A DNA stretch of 64,000 nt from Felis catus (taxonomy: Eukaryota), in NCBI RefSeq assembly GCF_018350175.1, contig NC_058368.1, positions 32,366,001-32,430,000 of the forward strand, written 5' to 3'. Below the pieces are notes generated by a model, which saw only the letters and a program-made list of their open reading frames with translations, did no database searches and was not told the origin of the DNA. Of this stretch, positions 40,381 through 53,402 are shown piece by piece; position 1 is the stretch's first letter, and each line of letters opens with the position of its first letter. The position numbers and the translations under genes were made by a program.

Positions 40381-40569
40381 TTTTTTTAAGGTTCTTTGTT
40401 TATTTTAAAGAGAGAGAAAGAGAGAGAGCAAGCAGGGGAGGGGGAGAGAGAGAGGAACAAAGAATCCCAAGCTCCATGTGGTCAGCATAGAGCCCAACAT
40501 GGTGGCTTGATCTCCTGACCTGAGCTGAAATCAAGAGTCAGACACTTAACTGAGTCACCCAGGCATCAC
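40381..40569 (-). mobile_element. Can-SINE (older, small internal deletions)
   Basis: Reverse head 'ctgagtcacccaggcatc'; flanking duplication aatctgaggaattt. Confidence 0.9.
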
Positions 40570-40867
40570 GAAAAAAAAATAAATCTGAGGAATTTAAAAA
40601 GAAAATGAGGACTATATTTGATAATCTTAAATAAAGAAAGAAGTCAGTGGCAACACTTGGTTATCTTGTGTTTACAGTCATGGTCTCCAGAGCAGCCCAA
40701 CTACACTGAGAATATTTGAAATGAATGAAATTTCATTTCAATGAAAACAGTGATTTCTTGTGCACCATCATGGTACCACTTCTGGGCTACATTTAGCCAA
40801 TTGCTAGTCTATCGGAGGAAGACAGAAGGAATCAAGATGTGTCTCAAATAGCGAAATGCATACTTCT

Positions 40868-41082
40868 TTTTTTATATGTATTTAAAAATATTTCTTTTTG
40901 AAAGAGAGACAGAGCACGAGTGGGGGAGGGGCAGAGAGAGAGAGGGAGACACAGAATCTGAGGCAGGATTCAGGCTCTGAGCTGTCAGCACAGAGCCCGA
41001 CACAGGGCTGGAACCCAGAACGGTAAGATCATGACCTGAGCCAAAGTTGGATACTTAACTGACTGAGCCACGCAGGCACCCC
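40868..41082 (-). mobile_element. Can-SINE
   Basis: Perfect 16-bp TSD cgaaatgcatacttct at 40852-40867 and 41084-41099. Confidence 0.96.
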
Positions 41083-41685
41083 ACGAAATGCATACTTCTA
41101 AAATTATTCCCCTGACCATGACTTTTCTTTTATTGTAATCTCCCTTCAGTTACTGGGGCATAAGCTGCTCTCTTCTAAAACATTTGGAGATATAATGTTC
41201 AATCTCATAAACACAGTCTTTTGGTGTGTGTATATTACAGTATTGGAAGTTCTTAAGGCCTCTGGTGACCCTTGCACAATCAATTTTGGCTTAAGAGCTT
41301 GAGGTAATGCCTTGGTGGCCCAACTAGAATTTGAATTATGATCCACTTTCAGGTTCCAGCCCTCCTTCCAGCATGTGGACCTCTATTACTTCTCACAAGA
41401 GAGGGAGTTCCTGAATAACCATATCCTGTTACGGTTGGTGATTACATGAGAGACCCCCAATCACCTTAAGTTCTATAATATAAATACTGTTTTTCTTAAT
41501 AGATAAATGTACCATGAAATGCCTTTGGTTTGCATAAGCAAATGAGAAACAGGAGTGCTTGCACCTTCTTAAACTTTTAGAGGCTTTCTTAGAAGTATTT
41601 CCTTGCCAAAACTGAGAAGTCCAATGTCTAGATTTCTCCTGAAATCCAGTATTTCTGTAGGTGCAGCAGACCACCCTCACATTCT

Positions 41686-42127
41686 GTGTGGAGACAGCTC
41701 TTCATGTCTCTTGTAGATTCTTGTCAAATGACATTGATTTTTGTTCAAGAAGTTCGTATAGCAAATACCTTTGGAAGACAGGCAGAATGTCTCCCTCAAG
41801 GGCAGATTTTTTTTTCTTGACTAAGACAATAAAGATAATGTATTTCTCCAGAGTGTATATTGGGAAGATTTGCTAGTGTACCTTTATATGATTGAGGGTT
41901 CTCTAAACTTGAAGTTCCTCAGCTCAGACCCAAACTTACTGTGGTATACCATCCACGTTTGGGACTAAGGGGAGCTAATGCGAACATAAACCTCATGCTT
42001 TCTGCTCTGCTGAGAGCAGTGAAATCTTTTGTCTCTGACACAGGAGTTCTGTGTCTTCTGTCAGCATCTGTGAAAATTGTGCCATAGGGATGTAGGGCCA
42101 AAACTCAGACCCTTCAAGTTTTAGACA
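41686..42127 (+). mobile_element. ERVL solo LTR (LTR40-like)
   Basis: 'tgtctccctc', 'tttgtctctgacacaggagttctgtgtcttctgtcagcatc' and the end 'aaaactcagacccttcaagttttagaca'. Confidence 0.7.
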
Positions 42128-44610
42128 AATTTGTACTCTTAAGAGTCTCAATCAAAAGACACTTAATTCAGTGATAATGTTTTTGGGAAAAATCAAAACA
42201 AAACAAAAATTTCAATTAGCCTACAAAGCAGGTGGACAAAAGTGCTTTAGAGGATCCAGGTATATAAAAGAAACAAGTCAACTAGGTCACACAAGATAAA
42301 GGAATTACAGAAGGAATGAGCAAACTGTGATGTACCTGTCCTGCATAAAGCATTCACATTTTTATACTATGCTTCTTCGTTTGCTTTTTCTCTCATTTAT
42401 TTAGCATTTTCTTGTCAAATAAACTACATAATTAAGCCAAACTTGGCTTAAGCACTGGGACTGTGTGAATCTATAGCAGAAGTTTTAAATTTTGTGGTAA
42501 TTCTCTACGTAGCTAATGGTGCTTGTTGTTTGCAAGTAGAATAAGGAAATTCCAAGGTATGGTTTTGAAAAATCTCTTACGTCTGCTCCTCATTCTAGGT
42601 ATTTCTCCTCAAAATGAAGAGAGTATGAAGTGCTCAGAAATTGTTTTCAATCCTTTACTCACACACATTTTCTTACCTTTCCAGGCTACTGCATTTGGTC
42701 AGGACTGTAGACTCCACAGTACTCTTAATTCAGTCTCATCGTAGTTCAGTGTTATTGCTGAAATCAGCAGTCACTTTTGAGAAGACACCTACTCTCTGAG
42801 CATCAGTTATTCCACAAGGTCAAAGCACCTGCATCAAAATGAATGCCAAATTTTTATGGTTTGTAACCAGTTCATAACATATAGTTCATGCATCACATAA
42901 AAATTTTTAGCAATGTGTAATAAATACTAATCTAAATCCATAAACTGTCTGCAAGAAAAAATATCCTCTCTGTTTTTCATGACTCAAACTAATTTTGCTT
43001 TTATGCTCCTTCCACTGAAGTGATGGAAATTTTTAACTTCAATTAGTCCTAGAGTTTCCCTCCTTCCCACACTCTTACTGCCAAAGTTTCAAAAGTCTTA
43101 TGCAGTGGCAATATGTTGGGATGGTGTTACAGTCATCGGTCCATAAATTTCCGAAATGTCCACAAGCCTTCAAGTATGGTGACACCCTCCCCAATTCTAC
43201 TTGAATTACATTTGTGTTACAAGATCAGGAAAACAAAGGACAAGAGGAAGAGGATGGGGGGAGTGGTGGGGAGTGTCATAGAGCAGGCAGCTCTGTCAAT
43301 GGATTTTCATCTTTATAATGTTTTTCTTTGTCTATTTTGGGACTGTCTAATTATAAAACCTCTTTCTATCCAGGTTTTATACTTCCTACCTATTTATGCT
43401 ACTCAACAATTTCCTGCCACCTGGAAATTTTTGGCCTTGTTGTCATGTAACCTAAATAAACCTGGGATGCTTTGATACCATTTAAGGGCTCATGTCAGTA
43501 TGAGATCTATAAAATATACAGGTGCACATGCATACATGTCCAACACAAATAAGATTACATTTGAAACACATCTTTATAATAGTATTCTGGAGGGTGAAAA
43601 AGGGATTATATCACAGAAAACATAATGAAACTCAATTAAAATCCTTTTACCCATCTACCTGTAAAAAATCACAATGGCTCGTAGCAACTCTCCAGATGTC
43701 TCATCTCTTCCAACTTTCCACATGAATTGCTTCTCTCTTCACTTACCTCTCTCATATTTTACTTTGTCTCCTCTCTTCTACTGTTTCTTTTTCTTTCAGA
43801 AAGTAGTGCTAGTCTCCTTTCTTCTAAAAGGATTCATTGTCTCTCCAATTCTGTTTTTCTTGTCCTCACTCGCCCTTTAATCCCATTAGCTAATTTTGGT
43901 GTGAAATGAAGTTGGAGGCTTATTTTTATTATCAATATATTTATTATGTAAATCAAACCTTCTTCCACTGACACTGTTTCCTAATACATACACTTTGAAA
44001 CAAATATAAGCTCCATAATTCTTTTGTTAATTAAATATGTATTCAATAAGTACTATGTTCCAGCTGGTCCTTCCACATTAACAGATGAGTCAATTTCATT
44101 CATATTTTAAATAGTTTGATATTCTCCTTTCTTAATTCTGAGATAATCTCTCCAGAACTACTGTTAATGAATATAGGATTACTTATTTTGAAAGAAACAT
44201 TTAAAGTCTATTGTATTCCGCTTAATGACTTTGTGATGACTTTTAAACCCTTAGATATATTCTTTAAAATATCATACACACTCACATTTATATTTAAGTT
44301 TCATATCATAAGCATAGGTTGGTTCATCTTCATCTATGTTTTTCATAGATTTCAAAATGCTTTTCAAAATGCATCTAGAATTTTAGACTGAGGATAAGGT
44401 GGTTATGTTTAATCTGGTGACTATAACAAAATAGAAGTTTTCAGCTATATATCTATACTCTTATAATGTATCTGAATCAAAATGTTTTAATTAAACAGTA
44501 TTTCTTAACTGGAGTAAAATTTCATATGTGATGTTAATACTTTTCAAAATACATCATTTTTTCAAATAAGTTTATTTTTTATCAGCCTCATCACAAATTT
44601 TAAATTCTTG

Positions 44611-45015
44611 TGTTATAGACTGAATGTGTATGTCCCTCTCAAATTCATATGTTGAAGTCCTGACTAGCAGGGTGGCTGTATTTGGACTGAGGAAGAAATT
44701 GCAGTCAAATGAGGTCATTGCAGTGGGACCCTGATCTGCTGGAATTAGTGTCTCATGAGAAGAGATACCAGAGCTGGCTCGCTCTTGCAGTCTCTCTCTC
44801 CCTCTTTCTCTGCATACACAAAGACGAGGTCATATGAATGTAAAGCAAGAAGGTGGCTATCTGCAACCTACGGGAGAGTTCTCATCAGACACCATGATGC
44901 TGGCACCTTGATCATGGACTTTCAGTCTGCAGGACTATGAGAAGATAAATTTGTATTGTTTAAAGTGGCTTAAATAAAGGTGCTTTTGTTATAGCAGCCT
45001 GAGAAGACGAACGTA
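44611..45015 (+). mobile_element. MaLR solo LTR (MLT1A/B-like)
   Basis: Start 'tgttatagactgaatgtgtatgtccc..aaattcatatgttgaag', middle 'gctggcaccttgatcatggactt', end 'ttgttatagcagcctgag'. Confidence 0.85.
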
Positions 45016-46453
45016 TTTTGCAAACAAGTTTTTACATATTCAAGGTAAATTCATTAGCTATTAACAAACCATTCTAGAAATTTAGATTTCTCTATGATCA
45101 TTTTTTCCTAATTAGGTAACAGTTATTGTTAGAGATTTCTTTACAGATCTTTACATTAAATAAGGTTATGATAGTTTATGTATCAATGATACAAATAAAC
45201 CAAAAATGCATATAAATGATGTGTAAATATATTTTTGTTTAGGTCAATGTTAGTGCATTATGAACACAATGAAATGGTGTTTGGGAAAAAGAAATGAAAT
45301 GTTATTCGTGTAAACTTGACAGGCAACGCAAAAAGTCCTTAGAATTTTTTAAAGAAGCAATTGGGAATGTTGGCTTAGAGTTGTTTGGAGAACTGAGAGA
45401 GTGCTTTTTAGTTGGCGGTTGGTCAATATGTTTTTAGTTGAGTTAATATGTCCAGAGGTCGACAGCAATCTTAAAGGTGAATAAATGAAAAAGGAAGCAC
45501 ATATCAGTCTAAGATAAGAAGTATAAAATGGATTTAACCTTATATGTCAATGATAAAATAAGAATATTGGGGCCTGATAAAACTATAGATGAAGTGATGT
45601 GAGTGAGAAGATGACAAAAGAGATCCTGAGAACAAAATAAAAGAGAAAACTGTGCTGTACATGTACAAGTTATGAACTATGTTATATTTTGTTAAGAAAG
45701 CACCTTTTTAAACTGTTAGAAATGGAAAATATTCAGTAGAGCTCAATTTAAACCACATTTGTAAAGAGGACAAGGATCACAAAAGACTGACAAAACTGTA
45801 TCTATTCTATAGAAGACAAACCTATGTAGAAAATTATTATTTGCAATTATATAAAGGCTTAAAAAAAGATTTTCTCTTCAAAACATCTGAAGGAAATAAA
45901 AGGAAGGGGCTTCTATGACAGTGGATAAAATGTCCATTGTATGAGACACATATATATTCTTTGAAGATTTTTTTCTGTCATGTTGATCAGACAGCTTGTA
46001 CAAGGGTTTACAGAAAGTAATTATTTTTTGAACACTATTGAATTCTTTAGCTATTATATAAGAAGCTATTTTGAATTTTAAATATATTATTCTTTTAGTA
46101 GCAATCTATTGCCAGGACATCAAATGTTTTGTTTCTCTGTTATATGGGACTTGCAGATGTACGGGTTTCTATAAATTACTTATTGATTAATGAGTCTTAT
46201 ATTCACTTATAAAAGGGAAACTTGGAAAGAAAAACTTGAAAATAAATACAAGAATAACATTATTTACACTGTAAAAAGTATACTCAAGCTTTATTAGTTT
46301 TTGTTACAAATATAAAGATCTTTAAATCTCTGAATCACTTATCCTTAAAACACTAGCAAATGAGCATATTGCACATTTATAGGCAATGACATAGATATCA
46401 TCTGATAAGTTTGTCTCCTTGTAGCTATGTAAATGAGCAAAACTGGATTAGTT

Positions 46454-46822
46454 ATTTTTTTTTAATTTTATTTTTTTAATTCACATCCAAATTGGTTAGC
46501 ATATAGTGCAACAATGATTTCAGGGGTAGATTCCTTAATGCCCCTTACCCATTTAGCCCATCCCCCCTCCGACAATTCCTCTAGTAACCCTCTGTTTGTT
46601 CTCCACGTTTAAGACTCTCTTATGTTTTGTTCCCCCCCCCCGTCTTTATATTATTTTTGCTTCCCTTCCCTTATGTTCATCTGTTCTGTGTCTTAAAGTC
46701 CTCATATGAGTGAAGTCATATATTTGTCTTTCTCTGACTAATTTTGCTTAGCATAATACCCTCTAGTTTCATCCACATAATTACAAATGGCAAGATTCCA
46801 TTCTTCTTGATTGTTGGGTAGT
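46454..46822 (-). mobile_element. 5'-truncated carnivore L1 3' end
   Basis: Highly similar to 31830-32220 ('cccatttagcccatc', 'tatttgtctttctctgactaattttgctta', 'aaatggcaagatt'); T tail at the left. Confidence 0.93.
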
Positions 46823-46824
46823 CC

Positions 46825-47069
46825 TTTTTTTAATGTTTTTATTTTATTTTATTTTATTTTATTTTATTTTATTTTATTTTATTTTATTTTATTTTATTTT
46901 ATTTTACTTTATTTTTTGAAAGAGAGGGAGGGTGGGGGAGAGAGAATCTCAGTTTCTGCACCATCAAAACAGAGTCTGATGTGGGGCTCAAACTCACAAA
47001 CCATGAGATCATGACCTGAGCTGAAATCAAGAGTCAGACACTTAACCAACTAAGTCACCTGGGCACCCC
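46825..47069 (-). mobile_element. Can-SINE with an (ATTTT)n-expanded tail
   Basis: Reverse head 'aagtcacctgggcacccc'; (ATTTT)n at about 46836-46915. Confidence 0.94.
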
Positions 47070-47424
47070 AAAGCTGGATTAGTTCTAAAGATAGTGCAGA
47101 AAAATAACATTATAGAGGCATTCTACAAATAACATGGAGTCAAGTCTTAAACTTGAAAGACTAATGATGTACTTACTGTTTTTTTTAATTAAATACACAT
47201 TCTTCTGCTCTTAATATTCTGAACTTTTAAAAGCACTTTTCATTATTTCTTAAAAGACAATAGAGAACTATAGCCAATCATGATGTAAGTGGCAAATGCT
47301 AAATTTAAGATATATGAAAGGGACACAACAGCAGAGAATAGATTATAGCTAAGAAGTTTGTAAAATGATACACAGAATTTGTACCGTTTAGCTTGAATGT
47401 CATGGATTTAAAAAATACTTTATT

Positions 47425-47619
47425 GGGGCACCTGGGTGGCTCTATCGGTTAAGCGACTGCTTTGGCTCAGATTATGATCTCGCGATCTGTGATGTGAGTT
47501 CAAGCCCCGCAGTTGGGATCTGTGCTGAAAGCTCGGAGCCTGGAAACTGCTTTGGATTCTGTGTCTCCTTCACACTCTGTTCCTCCCCTGCTGGCTCTCT
47601 CTCTCTCTCGTAAATAAAC
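47425..47619 (+). mobile_element. Can-SINE
   Basis: Head ggggcacctgggtggctc, (CT)n tract and taaataaac; followed by a T run instead of an A tail. Confidence 0.93.
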
Positions 47620-47904
47620 TTTTTTTTTTTTTGTAATATTTAACCAAGGAACAGTGAAAGCATTCCAAGAAACATGGACTACGCCATTTAAGACCTTGGG
47701 CAAATGTATTTATTTCTCTTTTTATGTCCTCCTGCATAAAATGGATATAAAATATGTGCCCTATGTATCAATCACATATTAAATCAAAATCTCAATTAAA
47801 AAAATATTTGCAATAGTAAAAAGTTGTTTTCCAGCATCCGTTCTCCTTTTTTCAAAGCATAGGAATTTACTACATTGGTCACCCTTAGAAGCCATAGGGG
47901 TCTG

Positions 47905-48150
47905 TGGTAGACATTACTGGAACTAAGCAAGATCTCTTTTCTTACCAGGAAAGAATTCTCCTTGCTGTTAAGCAAGGCCATGTGACTTGATTTAGTAGGT
48001 GGGATATAAGTAGATAGAACATGTGTGAGCAGAACTGTATTGCCAACGATCTTTGGCCATGTCATATAAGTGAGGCAAATGCTTTTGTTGTATTAAACCA
48101 CTGAAACGTTAAAGTTATATTACTGCAGCATTATATAGCCTATACTGAGT
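47905..48150 (+). mobile_element. Old MaLR LTR relic (MLT1H-J-like)
   Basis: 'ggccatgtgacttg' and 'ttgttgtattaaaccactgaaa...tactgcagcat.....agccta'. Confidence 0.5.
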
Positions 48151-48346
48151 GTCCTGGTGACTCATTTCACGTAGTGATTTCCTCTTACCATTATATCTTA
48201 GGCCAGTGAATTTTAAACAATTTAATGATAGAAGATGTCTTCAGTGGTTACATGTAGGCAAAACTGATGAATTATTTCTTCTTCTAAGACCATGTGGATA
48301 TGTCTGGGTTCTAGTTTTTCTGTGAAGAATTTTCAACCTTCTCTTT

Positions 48347-48574
48347 GTTTTTTTTTAAATATATATTTTTAAAGTTTATTTTATTTTGAGACAGAGAGAG
48401 AGAGCAAGCAAGAGTGAGCTGGGGAGGGGCAGAAAAAGAGGGAGAGAGAATCCTAAGAAGGGTCCATGCCCAGCACAGAGCTCTACATGGGACTCAATCT
48501 CACAATGGTAAGATCATGACCTGAGCTGAAACCAAGAGTGGGATGCTTAATGGATTAGGCCATCCAGGTGCCCC
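48347..48574 (-). mobile_element. Can-SINE
   Basis: Reverse head 'ccatccaggtgcccc'; TSD tcaaccttct. Confidence 0.94.
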
Positions 48575-50036
48575 TCAACCTTCTTTTTGATTCAAGAAAG
48601 TTCCAAAGAGTTTTTCAGTTCATTGTATGTTGTTTTATGTTATCATGAACAGAGAACCACCACTCTAACAGAAACTAATATTGCTGATAAATGATTCGAC
48701 TGCATTCAAATATACTGTTATGATCAAGATGCCTCATGGTATTCACATATATATAACGCTACCATATTTAATTAACTTAACCAATCTTGAGGGAATCTTT
48801 GAAACTACTGAGAGGTTTTAAAGTATTTCATTTTAAATATAGCTTACTTGATGAATGATTCTATATTTAAATAAATTAGAAAACTGATTTGCAACACTCA
48901 GTGATGATTTCCCCAGTTATTCCTCCACATTCATTAAAGATCATCCCTCATTTCGCACCATTTCCCTTTTATATATACTGTGGTGTAAAGATTATGTTCC
49001 TTTTCTCACTTTTTCCTTTCTTTCCCTGCTATTCCAGGTCTCACTCTTCCTTGACTGGCTCACCTCCAAATACCTGTTAGTATTTCACATTAGGCACTTA
49101 CTTGAAGAAAAAAATATTAACAAGTGCTATATAAATATGAAAAATCTGACTGAAATATGAAATAAATATGAAAAATATGCTACATATGCTATATAAATGT
49201 GAAAAAATCCCATTTTCTGCTTAAGTTCTATCATTTATCTGCTCTGGGAATCACTCCATTCCTTACACTCTTAGTATCTTGCTCCTCTCTCCCTCCATCT
49301 CTCACCCTTGCTAAACCCAAATTCTCCAAGAGTTCAATCTCTGCATCTTATAAGTGTAATATTGGATTGGTTGTCCTACCTATCTGAGCATGTTATTGTT
49401 GTAATGAGTTTATATATTTATGATACTTAGTACAACAATTGATACAATAATCATTAGTGATTTTTAATATTAAAGTTAATCTAGTGTCCCAGCACCTGAA
49501 CAACTGACTGTAGATGGAGAGAAAACACATTCCTGTTGAGGGATCTCTAAATCATCATCAAATATTTCAAATACTAAATCTACACTGCCCATAAATCTTT
49601 CGTCCTTCACTATGATGTGTGCTCTCCCACATTCAATAACATCTCATTTTACACAATTTCTTTTCCCCTCAAACTTTCCCTCACTTTTCAATCTAAGTGG
49701 ATGATATTGCCTTATATTTATCTCAAATATGGATATTAAAATAGGTATCTACATGGGTACTAGTGACAGATATAACTTAGTTGCATAGTAATGACCTCAT
49801 CTTCCCTGCCCCAAACGTATCAAACCACCTGCATCTTATCCATATCCTCTCCCTTCCTTCCCATGTCCCTGAACTCATGTCAGAGTCTATCCTCATTCAT
49901 GATCTTTAGAATCATTGACTTTTACCTTGTCAGGGACATTTGATCCTACAAATATAGTCCCCTTTTCTGAATTACTCTTCTTTCTTCTTTAGTAGGTTGA
50001 TGTCATCAATAAATTTCAAACATTGTACATACTTTT

Positions 50037-50233
50037 CTTAAATCTTTTAATGTTTATTTATTTTAGAGAGAGAGACAGAGCGTGAGTGGGAGGGGCAGAC
50101 ACAGAATCAAAAATAGGCTCCAGGCTCTGAGCTGTCAGCACAGAGCCTAACCCAGGGCTCAAACTCACAAACTGCGAGATCATGACCTGAGCCAAAGTCA
50201 GTCACTTAACCCACTGAGCCACACAGGTGCCCC
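50037..50233 (-). mobile_element. Can-SINE
   Basis: Perfect 18-bp TSD aacattgtacatactttt at 50019-50036 and 50234-50251. Confidence 0.97.
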
Positions 50234-51384
50234 AACATTGTACATACTTTTAAACATGCAGATGCACAGTAAAGTTTAAGTCACTTCTTTGAATGTTTCT
50301 AACTTCCAGGAAGTATAGTCACGGTCTTATAAAGTGTCTAATAAAGAGAGACTGAATCTGTGTTGAAGCCAGGTGAAAGGTTGGCCTGCCTTTGTGTTTC
50401 TTGGGTGAATAAACACGATATGTACCTTCTCACTGTGGCACACGTTACATTTTCAAGTTCCTTCAAATGTATTTTCAGCTGAAAAGCTGTCACAGCCTTA
50501 TATGCCCTTTAAAATGTATTGGAAATACCGATATGGAAGAATATTTCAAGTTTATCAACTGCTCTTTGTGCTTTCCAGCCTCCCGATCCTGTTGCTAGGT
50601 TCCTGTGTTTCCTGCCCAGGTTTTCTTAGGGCCATTTACTAATTAAAGACAACAGGACTCTGTGATGTTGTAGATTTAATTAATTTAGAGAGCTGAAGTT
50701 AATTAATTTATTGAGTTGGCTAATATGTGGAATTGACAAAATAATTATAAATATTATCAAAATATGCACATTAATATAGTAAGAGTGAAATTCTATCAAC
50801 AAATAGTTATATTTCATTTTAAAATAGAAGCAAATTAAAACTAATTTCTCTGAAAAGATTCTAATACTTGGTGAAAAGAATATTTTCACATTCTTCTGAA
50901 GTTTTCCATTAATTATGCCAGAGGTTACAAACTAAAATATCAAGAAAGCAAGTCAAAGAATATAAATGAATGAAATGAGTTGGGGATGGGGGCTATTTTT
51001 GACATATACCCTGTCTACCAATAGTTGGCATTAACTGATTATTACTATGAAGGAAAGTAAGCTCACTTTTCTGTTAGTTATGAATTTTATATTAAAATGT
51101 ATTTATTTATAAATATTGGTTGATAACTTCCTTTTTCAGGTTTCATTAACTGAAATAAGCCAAATAAAGCTTATAGCTGGACCACATATGATATGCTGTA
51201 TCACTAGTTTATAGTCTGCCAACACAACTTGCATATTAACAATTGTTTGCCTTAGTCTTATAAAACAGAAAATGCTAAGCCTGAAATAAACAAATAACAT
51301 AAAATTTCTGTCCAAAAGACCTTATTAGTAAGCAAGATACAGTCATGGGCATATCGTTGTTATAAAGAGTGAATATATTCTTTC

Positions 51385-51790
51385 TAGTAATATTTATAAG
51401 GAACCTGCTATGTGCTTAACATGGATAGACAGCAGTGAGCAAAGCAGACAGTATTCTATGTAGAATTTTCATTTGGTATGATATCTAGAATGTTGACCAA
51501 AATATATATGTTCAATGAGAAAAATTATCAAACCTAGAAACGTATATAGAATTTGCTAGGTTAGGGGAGGGTGGTAGTTGTAATATTAAATATGCGGTTT
51601 CAGGATGGTTCCTCTGAGACTGAACCTGATAAATACCTGTGAAGGATGAAGTCTTGTAATATCTAAAGAGTATTTCAAATGGAAAGGACAATTGCAAATG
51701 TTCCAAGGAGAAAGATGGCTAGTATGTGTGTCAAACAGAAAGAAGAGCACTGTGGCTTGAGTGGAGTAGGTGAGGGAGAGAGAGAATAGT
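51385..51790 (-). mobile_element. L2 relic
   Basis: 'tatttataaggaacctgctatgtgc...gacagcagtgagcaaagcagaca...tgcaaatgttccaagg...tgtggcttgagtggag'. Confidence 0.6.
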
Positions 51791-52789
51791 CAAATAACTG
51801 GGAAGATTTTGACAGGGAGGGCATAGCATATTGTGTGTGGCTCAATATATATTACAAGGTGATAATTTCTACTAAGTAAAATAAAGCTGGAAAGGAACAT
51901 GGAGTACCAGGTTGGGGTTAGAGTTATTTGTAAGCAGGAGAAGTTTTTGCCACACTCTACCTACCCTTTGGTACACATGAAATATTTTAGTAACAATAAT
52001 TAGTCTGATGGTATCATTCTCCATTGAAAACTACTCAACAATTACCTACCATTTCTGATTTGAGGCACATATATTTATCTTGACATACTTGGTTTAGGTG
52101 ATCTAACTCTTAGCAAGCCCTCCAGATCCATATCTTTCTACTCTTCACTACATACCATGTGTCTCAGTCTAAAGAAGACAAACTTTGTGCCTTCATAAAT
52201 CCTTTTCTCAAGTACTGAAAAACCATCTTTCACTCGTGTCTACCGCTGGAGGCCCTTGGTACATTTTTATATTTTTGCTGAAGCATTTTTACATTTTTTC
52301 TTTTTTTTTCATTTCCCCTACTCAGCTGAGATTTTCTTCAGGATTAATAGTATGCTTAGGAGACACCATTAGTGCCCGACTCGAGTTCTTCCTCTTTTTC
52401 CTTTCTGCCTAAGCCTCTCTTCTGTGATTCAGTCTTCAAGTGTTAGTCAATCCCCTTTAATCCCTGCAGCCAGTTCTGCCCATGTGGATTGATACAATAA
52501 ATAAAATATAAATAAAGTTTGTGGGGTATCTTCTAGGAGAGGTTTTCTTTACTAATATAAAGACTGAGATCTGAGAGAACCTTACTCTTTCCTTTTTTTC
52601 TTTAGGTGTTTTAAATAAGGACCTTATTCTTAGAGTTTCTAAAAACAACATGTGTCCATGAAGAGCTACACTTGGATACCCTAAGGATAGAAGAGCCAAA
52701 GATGGGAAGTACTTAGGCTTCTGATTAAATTTATGAACTTCTGAAAGAACACCTGAATACTGAACTTTGAATATCTGGTCAGGATGGGA

Positions 52790-52820
52790 AATAGATATAG
52801 ATAGATAGATAGATAGATAG
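52790..52820. repeat. (GATA)n microsatellite
   Basis: Tandem GATA units. Confidence 0.85.
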
Positions 52821-52955
52821 AAATATATTTATCTTTATATAATTTTTAAATTTATGTGTTTGTTGATAAGACCAAAGTCCCTGCTAAAGTGTTGCCTTTT
52901 AACTCCATCATTTAATAAATTGCTTATTTCTAGTTATTTTAATTTTATGTTCTAG

Positions 52956-53402
52956 AGATGCTCTGTCCAAAAATGTAGTCATTAGCTACATATGGCTCTA
53001 TAAAATGAAAATGAAATGGGGCACCTGGGTGGCTCAGTCAGTTAAGTGTCTGACTTTGGCTCAGGTCATGATCTCATGGTTTGTAGGTTTGAGCCCCACG
53101 CTGGACTCTGTGCAGACAACTCAGAGTCTGTAGCCTGCTTTGGATTCTGTCTCTCTCTCTCTCTCTCTCTCTCTGCCTTCCCCTCCTTGTACTCTTTCTG
53201 TCTCTGTGTCTCTCTCTCAAAAATAAATAAATATTAAAAATTTTTAAAAAAATCAGCTTAAAATCCATTAAAAATTCTGTGTAACAAACTAACCACCATT
53301 TCAAGTTCTCAGTAGCAATGTGTGGCTTGTAAGTATTTTGTAATGCATAGTACAGATATAGAACAATTCCATCTATTCATATATTTGCATCATACAGTGC
53401 TG
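52956..53402. mobile_element. MER33/MER3-like hAT MITE split by a SINE
   Basis: 'gctctgtccaa...gtagtcattagctacatatggct' before the SINE and 'catttcaagttctcagtagcaatgtgtggct...acagatatagaaca...acagtgctg' after it. Confidence 0.65.
53018..53253 (+). mobile_element. Can-SINE
   Basis: Head ggggcacctgggtggctcag, (CT)n tract and AATAAA tail. Confidence 0.95.
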
